64,000 bases of DNA, from NCBI GenBank assembly GCA_963663165.1, contig OY760175.1, forward strand, positions 3,840,001-3,904,000. The letters run 5' to 3'. Position numbers and translations under genes: made by a program. This document shows positions 57,478-64,000 of the stretch, piece after piece. The stretch is from an uncultured Desulfospira sp. (GTDB lineage: Bacteria; Desulfobacterota; Desulfobacteria; Desulfobacterales; Desulfobacteraceae). The stretch's first letter is position 1. Each line of letters begins with the position of its first letter. Under the pieces are notes generated by a model, which worked only from the letters and a program-made list of their open reading frames with translations, searched no databases and was not told the DNA's origin.

Positions 57478-58080
57478 GTGATCAAATTTAACATAAACGA
57501 TAAGCAGGTAGAGGCCCAGGAAGGCTGGACCGTTCTGGAGACGGCAAAAGAATACGGCATCGACATCCCGACCCTGTGCCATCACCCGGCGGTGGCGCCT
57601 TCCGGGGCCTGCCGGATGTGCATGGTGGAAATGAGGGAAGGCGACTGGTCAAAGCTGGTGGCATCCTGTATCTATCCCGTAAAAGAGGGGCTCAATATCT
57701 ATACGGAAACCCCCAGGGTTCATAATGTCCGCCGGTGGATTCTTGAAATGCTGCTGTCTGAATGCCCGGCAAGCCAGCAGGTCCGGGACATGGCCAAAGC
57801 CCATGGCGTGGAAACCACCCGCTTCCCGGTGAAAAATCCCCTTCAAAGCTGCCTGATCTGCGGGCTGTGCCAGAGGGTATGCGAGGAAGTTGTCGGTCTG
57901 TCCGCCATTTCCATCATCGACCGCGGTGTTCACAAAAAAGTAGGCGCGCCGTACTTGAGGCCCACGGATTTTTGTGTGGCATGCGGATCATGCGTGACGA
58001 TTTGTCCTACTGATGCCATGGCTGCCATTTTTGACATGGTCCGGGGTAAACCTGAAGTGGAAATGGCCCCGTTGGTCTGA
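57478..58080 (+). CDS. NuoG N-terminal-like Fe-S protein without a catalytic domain
   Basis: IPTLC, GACRMC, ASC, CLICGLC.RVC, CVACGSCVTICP. Confidence 0.88.
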   Translation: MIKFNINDKQVEAQEGWTVLETAKEYGIDIPTLCHHPAVAPSGACRMCMVEMREGDWSKLVASCIYPVKEGLNIYTETPRVHNVRRWILEMLLSECPASQQVRDMAKAHGVETTRFPVKNPLQSCLICGLCQRVCEEVVGLSAISIIDRGVHKKVGAPYLRPTDFCVACGSCVTICPTDAMAAIFDMVRGKPEVEMAPLV

Positions 58081-58096
58081 ATCAAGGAGAGATATC

Positions 58097-60376
58097 ATGA
58101 ATACAACAGCAAGAACCGGAATTTTTCTTTGCAAATGCGGCGAGAATATTGAGCCGCTGATTGATCTGAACAGCCTTGAAGGCGCTCTCAAGGCCGACGC
58201 AGCCCATTGCGAAATCCTGGCCTGGTCCTGTTTAAAACCAGGCATGGACCGGATCATGTCGGCGGTTTCAGAACATGACCTTAACCGTGTGATTATTGCC
58301 GGGTGTGACGGCCGGATCATGTGCAAAAAGTTTGAAGAGGCCCTGGAGCCATCCGGAATCCTCAAGGGGCAGATCAGCATGGTCAACCTGCGCGGCCATG
58401 TAGCCGCCGTATCCGACGCCCCCATGGAGCAGAAAACCAAAAAATCGGAAAAACTGATCCGGGCGGCCATGGCGGAGATGGAAACCTTGAATCCCACCCC
58501 GAAAAAAGCCATGAAACTCAAAGGGACGGTGGCCATTGCCGGCAACGGCATCGGTGCCTTCCCCGCGGCCTGGAATCTGGTCCAGGCGGGCGTTGAGTGT
58601 GTCCTGTGTACGGATACCACCGACCCGAATGAAATTATAAAAAAGCTCCCCCTGGTCTATCCCGGGGAACGGAACCAATATGACCGGGTCAGGGCCATCA
58701 TTGAAAAGGTGCTGGAAAGCGACAAAGTCACGGTAAAGGAAACCAGCGGCGTGGATGCGCTGTTGGGCATCACCGGTGCCTATACCCTGATGACCCTGGA
58801 CCCTTCAGGGGAAAAACAGCCGGTTAAGGCTGACCTGGTGATCGCGGCCCTGGATGCCGAGCTGTTTGCCCCGGAACCTGAATTTGGGTATGACGGGAAC
58901 CGGGTGCTGATCCAGCCTGAGATGGAAGTGCAGATGGATGAATATGGCATTCCCAAAAAGGATGTGGTGTTCTGGGTGAGCGACCATGAATACGGGGATG
59001 GTGATTTTGCGCAGCTTTCCGCCAAAGCCGCCTGGAACATGGCCCGCCATATCAGAAAGGCATCGCGCAGCTCCCGGGTGGTCATCCTCCATAACCAGAT
59101 GATGCCCGTCCCCCTGTCTGCCGCTGAACGGGGAATCAACCGGGAACTTGGCATCGAGTGGATCGCCTACGATAAGACGGTCCGGCCCATTGTTCAGGAC
59201 GGGTATATCACCTATTGCAATTTAGAAGATCATATTGAACATGAAATCAACTGGGAATTCCTGGTGCTCTCCCCCAAAAGAGGGCTCAGAGGGGAGACCC
59301 TCGCAGCCGCCAGGGCTTTGGGCATGATCCAGGGACCCACCCGGTTTCTGACGGTGCACCAGGCAAAGGTCAGGCCTGAGATGGTGGGCCGGCAGATGAA
59401 CTGCATCGTGGGCAGCGCCAAATTCCCCTGCGATCTCCAGGAGACCATCAACCAGGGCCGGGAAGCCGGCAACAAAAATGCGGACATGATCGAACTGTCA
59501 AAACAGGGGCAATTGTTTATCCCGCGCCATGTCTCCTGGGTTGACCCGGAAAAATGCGTGGGCTGCGGCCGGTGCCAGGAGCTTTGCGACTGCAATGCCA
59601 TCGGCAGCATGGACTACCCCGGGGGCGGCCTGTCCAGAATTGTCGATCCCATGCTCTGCACCGGCGGGGGAACCTGCGCGGCGGCCTGTCCTGAAAACGC
59701 CATGGAGATCCGGAACAACAACACCGCCCAGCGGGAAGCCGGGATTGCCCAGCTGTCACAGGCCATGGATGCTGAAGAAATCGTCTGCATGGCCTGCGTA
59801 TGGGGCGGACTGCCCGCGGCGGACCATGCCGGCCACAAAAAGCTTGCCTATGATCCCGGGGTTCACATCATCGGGGTTCCCTGTGTGGGCCAGATTGACC
59901 CGTCGGTCATGGCCCGGGCCTTTGTGGAAGGCGCTTCGGGCCTGATTCTGACGGGATGCCTGCCGGACAGCTGCCACCATTCCTTCGGGGTGGACCATAC
60001 CTGGACCCGGGTGGCCATGATCAAGAAACTGTTCACCCTGTGCGGGTTTGACCGCCGAAGAATCGCTCTGGCCCATGCGGACCTGAACAAACCCGAAGAG
60101 TTTGTTAAAACCGTGAATGCCTTCAGCGACCAGATCCGGGCGCTGGGCACTATTGAGAAGACCAAAGCCAACCAGGACAAGCTTGCGGCCATTTATGACC
60201 TGTGCAAGAACAACACAAGGATCAGGACCCTTCTGGCCGTCAGCCTGCGCCGGGCCAAAGAAACCACCTTCAGGGGCGACCAGCTTTATGCCCCGGCCTT
60301 TGACCGAGACTTCACCCAGGCCCTGGAAGAAGAGTATGATTTTCCCGAGAGCGCTCTGTTTGAAGCCGTGGAATAA
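58097..60376 (+). CDS. QmoB-like HdrA-MvhD fusion protein, degenerate
   Basis: GIFLCKCG, IIAGC, 2x[4Fe-4S], C-terminal MvhD domain (ACVWGG, VPCVGQ, GCLPDSCHH); start MNTT. Confidence 0.8.
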   Translation: MNTTARTGIFLCKCGENIEPLIDLNSLEGALKADAAHCEILAWSCLKPGMDRIMSAVSEHDLNRVIIAGCDGRIMCKKFEEALEPSGILKGQISMVNLRGHVAAVSDAPMEQKTKKSEKLIRAAMAEMETLNPTPKKAMKLKGTVAIAGNGIGAFPAAWNLVQAGVECVLCTDTTDPNEIIKKLPLVYPGERNQYDRVRAIIEKVLESDKVTVKETSGVDALLGITGAYTLMTLDPSGEKQPVKADLVIAALDAELFAPEPEFGYDGNRVLIQPEMEVQMDEYGIPKKDVVFWVSDHEYGDGDFAQLSAKAAWNMARHIRKASRSSRVVILHNQMMPVPLSAAERGINRELGIEWIAYDKTVRPIVQDGYITYCNLEDHIEHEINWEFLVLSPKRGLRGETLAAARALGMIQGPTRFLTVHQAKVRPEMVGRQMNCIVGSAKFPCDLQETINQGREAGNKNADMIELSKQGQLFIPRHVSWVDPEKCVGCGRCQELCDCNAIGSMDYPGGGLSRIVDPMLCTGGGTCAAACPENAMEIRNNNTAQREAGIAQLSQAMDAEEIVCMACVWGGLPAADHAGHKKLAYDPGVHIIGVPCVGQIDPSVMARAFVEGASGLILTGCLPDSCHHSFGVDHTWTRVAMIKKLFTLCGFDRRRIALAHADLNKPEEFVKTVNAFSDQIRALGTIEKTKANQDKLAAIYDLCKNNTRIRTLLAVSLRRAKETTFRGDQLYAPAFDRDFTQALEEEYDFPESALFEAVE

Positions 60377-60460
60377 GGCGGCACCGCGCTGAACATGATA
60401 AGCCCATAACCCATTGCTGGGCCGCCTTTTTCGGCGGCCCGGCAACATCTAAAAGCAGCA

Positions 60461-60865
60461 ATGACCGACAAAAACAATCCGCCCTACTCAGAAAATTACA
60501 TCCGGATGGCCTTTGGAAGCAAAATGCCAGACCGGCCGGATCACCCTGACGGATACGGCACCCGGACCGGGGAATGCGGCGATACCGTGGCCATGTTTTT
60601 AAAAGGGGACAAGGCCATGATCCGGTCGGTTTCCTTTGATATCAAGGGCTGCATCAACACGGTGGCCTGCTGCCATACCGTGGCCCATCTGGCAACGGGC
60701 CGGTCCCCTGAGGAAGCCTGGGACATAGACCCGGAACAGGTCATTGATTTTTTAGAAACCCTGGAACCCGCATATCATCACTGTGCCGAGCTGGCGGTCG
60801 GGGCCTTTTACCTGGCCCTGTCAGACATGATGAACTCGTCCCTTACCGCCTGTTATCGAAAATAG
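60461..60865 (+). CDS. IscU/NifU-N-like scaffold protein
   Basis: GECGDT, GCINTVAC, HHCAELA. Confidence 0.85.
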   Translation: MTDKNNPPYSENYIRMAFGSKMPDRPDHPDGYGTRTGECGDTVAMFLKGDKAMIRSVSFDIKGCINTVACCHTVAHLATGRSPEEAWDIDPEQVIDFLETLEPAYHHCAELAVGAFYLALSDMMNSSLTACYRK

Positions 60866-60872
60866 CCTCGTT

Positions 60873-61721
60873 TTGAACCCGGATAAAGTCATCAGAGAAC
60901 AGGTCACGAAGCTGACGGACCTGCCCAATATCGGTCCGGCCATGGCAAGGGACCTGATGGCCATCGGCATCGTTGCGCCCGACAAGCTTTGGGGCAGATC
61001 TGCCCATGAGATGTACGAAACCCTTTGCCGGGTAACCGGGGTGCGGCATGACCCCTGCGTGCTGGATGTGTTTCTTTCCATCACCCGGTTTATGGAGGGA
61101 AATGACCCTAAGCCCTGGTGGCATTACACCCGGGAAAGAAAAGAATATCTTAACGGGCGCCATCTGCTGGCGGTTACCGATATCTTCGGCCGCACCGGCA
61201 GTTTTGATGACCTGTTAAGGCAGATCGCGGGGAATTATATATCCGTGGAAGTCATAGACCCTTATGGCGGAGCCGATTTAAACTTTGAAAATGAGACTGA
61301 AGCCTATGCCTGTTTTCAACGGAAGATGGGGTTAAACGAATATATTCGGAAAGTATCCGATACGCTTTCAACCAGGCGATTTTTAAACCAGACCCTGCTC
61401 GGGTTCAGTGTGGGCGCTTCGGCAATCTGGGCCGTGTCGGGGAATTTATCCGGATTTGACCACACCCGGGCGGTCTGTTTTTACAGCTCCCAGATCAGAC
61501 AGTTCCCGGACGTCTCTCCTGCAATCAAGACAGATCTGTACTTTTCAAAATCAGAACCGGCATATGATGTTGAGAAGATAATGGCCTGCCTGTCGGAAAA
61601 AGCCAATGTCCGGTGCATTAAAACGGGATACATGCACGGGTTCATGAACCAAAAATCCCAAAACTTTGACCAACAGGGCTATGCCGAACACTTAAAAAGG
61701 CTAAAACACCGGCAGGGGTAA
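60873..61721 (+). CDS. Fusion of a Cdd1/mitomycin-resistance-like HhH domain and a dienelactone-hydrolase-like domain
   Basis: LTDLPNIGPAMARDL...HDPCVLDVF...WWHYT followed by VTDIFG, GFSVGASA, HGFMN. Confidence 0.7.
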   Translation: MNPDKVIREQVTKLTDLPNIGPAMARDLMAIGIVAPDKLWGRSAHEMYETLCRVTGVRHDPCVLDVFLSITRFMEGNDPKPWWHYTRERKEYLNGRHLLAVTDIFGRTGSFDDLLRQIAGNYISVEVIDPYGGADLNFENETEAYACFQRKMGLNEYIRKVSDTLSTRRFLNQTLLGFSVGASAIWAVSGNLSGFDHTRAVCFYSSQIRQFPDVSPAIKTDLYFSKSEPAYDVEKIMACLSEKANVRCIKTGYMHGFMNQKSQNFDQQGYAEHLKRLKHRQG

Positions 61722-62060
61722 AGCGGATCTATCTTCGTTCCAGGGTCGGCGAAATAAAGCCTTTTACCGGGCGACGACACTATTGCAAAAACGGCTTGAC
61801 ACCCCTGCAGGACCTCAACTTGGGCGGTGATGGCCGGTAATATACCGATTTATTGGTGAAAGCCCGGCAATTTAATTTTAATTAAGGGCTGGATAATGTG
61901 GTGAATAGTTGTTATTTTAGCCTTTATAAGCTGCGGTATCCGGCATGAGGGTGGGTACACCGTTGCTTTTTTTACAACTTTGAGCATTGAAAGCCGGCTT
62001 AAAATTAACGTCCCTTATGATTGGGGAATGATACCGGAGGCCGGCGATCAAGGAGGATCC

Positions 62061-62510
62061 ATGCAGAATCGTTTCACCTTAACATTAAGTGTTGTACTGA
62101 CCATAATTATGTTCACTGCCACGGCATTTGCCCAGGAGACAAAGGTCGGGTTTATCAAATCGGTTACAGGAGATGTGACCATCAAGCGCGGGGAGTCCCT
62201 TGTTGCCGCGAATAAAGGGGATCAGCTCTATAAATCAGATGGGTTGGTCACACAGAGCAACAGTTCCGCCGGCATCATGTTTACGGACGGCACCACCTTT
62301 GCTGTGGACCAGGATACGGAAGTCAACGTCAAAGACTATCTGTTTCAACCCGAGTCCAATGCTTATGCCTTTGATCTCTATCTAAAAAAGGGAAAGGCCA
62401 TCTACAGCTCAGGCAGAATTGAAAAGCTCGCACCGGACAAAGTGTGCCTGTCCACACCCAAGGCGACCGTCGGTGTCAGGGGAACGCATCTCATTGTCCA
62501 GGTAGATTAA
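62061..62510 (+). CDS. FecR-domain periplasmic protein
   Basis: Signal peptide, FTDGT, TPKATVGVRGT; AGGAGG RBS before ATG 62061. Confidence 0.85.
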   Translation: MQNRFTLTLSVVLTIIMFTATAFAQETKVGFIKSVTGDVTIKRGESLVAANKGDQLYKSDGLVTQSNSSAGIMFTDGTTFAVDQDTEVNVKDYLFQPESNAYAFDLYLKKGKAIYSSGRIEKLAPDKVCLSTPKATVGVRGTHLIVQVD

Positions 62511-62566
62511 CCTTCAGTTCCCCATAATTCATTAAACATAAATTGATATTCCGTCTTGCCTTTAAC

Positions 62567-62623
62567 TTAATCTTGCTCCTGACGCCTGCCCGAAACCGTG
62601 AATTCAGTCAGGAGCAAGATTAA
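62567..62623. repeat. REP-like 17-bp inverted repeat
   Basis: TTAATCTTGCTCCTGAC / GTCAGGAGCAAGATTAA; a related TCTTGCTC...AATTCAG...GAGCAAGA occurs at 12251-12286. Confidence 0.6.
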
Positions 62624-62673
62624 CAGGTTCCAATCATCTGTTGCAGACGCCAACCAAAGCAAAGGAAACAAAA

Positions 62674-63270
62674 ATGATACGCTGGTATTTTTTTATTGTC
62701 GGGACGCTGTTCCTTTTTTCGTGCGGTGCCGGCCATAAAACCACGGTGATCCTTCTGCCGGATCAGGACGGCCGTACCGGTGCGGCAACCGTTAAAAACG
62801 ATACCTCCTCAGTGATGCTCCAGGAGCCCTATGCCGCAGCAAAGGTCACTGATGAGCAGTCAGACGTGAGTGCGGAAACCCTCCAAAGAAATGATGTTCT
62901 GGAGGGTTACCAGATACTGCTTCAGACAGAACCCCCAAAGCCGGTCTCTTTTCTTCTATATTTTGAGTACGGGTCAGACCGTTTGAAACCGGAATCGGCC
63001 GCACTCATTCCCGAAGTGCTTAAAGTGGCAAAAGAACGGGAACCCTCAGAGATAAGCATTATCGGGCATTCCGACACCAAAGGGGATGACCAGTACAATT
63101 ATGAGCTTGCACTGGAGCGGGCCAAAGCTGTGGAAAAATGTTTAGATACGTCACATCTCGAATTAATCGGGCTTTCGGTGACCTCACACGGTGAAAACGA
63201 TCCCCTTGTCGATACCGGGGACAATGTATCTGAAGAAAAAAATCGCAGGGTTGAAATAATGATCCGGTAA
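62674..63270 (+). CDS. OmpA-family lipoprotein
   Basis: Lipobox LFSC, IGHSD..G...N..LALERA, NRRVEI. Confidence 0.88.
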   Translation: MIRWYFFIVGTLFLFSCGAGHKTTVILLPDQDGRTGAATVKNDTSSVMLQEPYAAAKVTDEQSDVSAETLQRNDVLEGYQILLQTEPPKPVSFLLYFEYGSDRLKPESAALIPEVLKVAKEREPSEISIIGHSDTKGDDQYNYELALERAKAVEKCLDTSHLELIGLSVTSHGENDPLVDTGDNVSEEKNRRVEIMIR

Positions 63271-63281
63271 ATGGGGCCCCT

Positions 63282-64000
63282 TTGAAAATTGATTCTGAAA
63301 GCTATCTGCGGTTCCAACCATCAAAACTAAGGCTATTCATATCTGTGTTATCGGTCACCCTTGTCCTGGGTTCCGGATTATATTTTCAACACCCCCTATT
63401 TAAAACAGTAGATGACTTTTTTTATGATACCTTCCTTAAACTAAGCGCAACCGGAGAGGTCTCTGATCAGATCACCATTGTTGATATCGATGAAACAAGC
63501 CTGGCCGCCGTAGGGCAATGGCCCTGGCCCCGATATCTTTTGGCAAAGATTGTCAAGGAGTTGTCCGACCACCAGCCGGCCGCCATGGGAATTGATATCC
63601 TGCTGCCGGAGACGGACCGGACCTCCTTGAAAAATATTCACCGGCAGTTTGAAAAAGACTTTGGCCTTGACCTTGGGTTTACCGGGGTTCCGCCGGCATT
63701 GCAGGATAACGATGCATACCTGGCACATATTTTCAAGAGTACTGAAATGGTGGGGGCCCGGTATTTTTATTTTGACTATATCAACCAGAACCCGGTCCAT
63801 TTATTTACCCCCTTCACCATAACCGATGAATCCGGACAGCTCAAACTCAATGAATCCGTAGGGGTCATGACCAACACCCCCCAGATTGAAAAAGCCCTCC
63901 GGTTTACCGGATTTCTCAACAACCAATCAGACATGGACGGTCTGATGCGGTCCACCCCTGTTTTAATCTCCTATAGTGACCGAATATTTACCAACCTGTC
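63282..64000 (+). CDS. CHASE2-domain sensor protein, truncated by the window end
   Basis: Translation gives a TM segment then ITIVDIDETSLAAVGQWPWPR...GIDILLPE.D...DMDGLMR. Confidence 0.85.
   Translation, partial: MKIDSESYLRFQPSKLRLFISVLSVTLVLGSGLYFQHPLFKTVDDFFYDTFLKLSATGEVSDQITIVDIDETSLAAVGQWPWPRYLLAKIVKELSDHQPAAMGIDILLPETDRTSLKNIHRQFEKDFGLDLGFTGVPPALQDNDAYLAHIFKSTEMVGARYFYFDYINQNPVHLFTPFTITDESGQLKLNESVGVMTNTPQIEKALRFTGFLNNQSDMDGLMRSTPVLISYSDRIFTNL

Noticed and set aside
55075..58080. Respiratory complex I or [FeFe]-hydrogenase operon
   Set aside because: No membrane nuo genes and no H-cluster domain
236..63800. Numerous short antisense or alternate-frame ORFs in the ORF track
   Set aside because: They overlap well-supported genes and lack motifs or an RBS; treated as shadow ORFs
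1..64000. tRNA, rRNA or riboswitch (e.g. Moco riboswitch) genes
   Set aside because: None recognisable by eye; a covariance-model search (Infernal/Rfam, tRNAscan-SE) would be needed to exclude them

Overview
64-kb window from an anaerobic deltaproteobacterium. The gene content (Hdr/Flx, QmoB-like protein, HesB, sigma54 activators) suggests a Desulfobacteraceae-type sulfate reducer; this is inference. It has five blocks. (1) 0.2-25.8 kb: a catabolic cluster with four intact alpha/beta pairs of molybdopterin enzymes of the pyrogallol-phloroglucinol transhydroxylase (AthL/BthL) clade, two decayed alpha fragments, a TRAP transporter with two DctP paralogs, and Lrp and Crp/Fnr regulators. (2) 25.9-35.9 kb: an AT-richer mobile block. 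It holds two near-identical 1539-bp IS701-family copies and a complete 4206-bp TG...CA transposon (Zn-finger/HTH, DDE transposase, AAA+ ATPase, small ORF, RepB'-type primase) inserted with a 3-bp duplication into a cold-shock gene. (3) 36-44 kb: an hdrA-flxDCBA operon with no adjacent hdrBC. (4) 44.8-51.7 kb: an atypical DNA-phosphorothioation locus (dndC, frameshifted dndD, DndE-FtsK fusion, ABC ATPase, TOPRIM/DUF4435-like nuclease). (5) 52-64 kb: tandem PAS sigma54 activators, a NuoE/F/G-like plus QmoB-like redox operon, and a FecR-OmpA-CHASE2 module. The strongest novelty candidates are the primase-carrying transposon, the Dnd-FtsK-ATPase/TOPRIM defence locus and the expanded transhydroxylase-like cluster. 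Family assignments come from motif recognition only; no searches were run.
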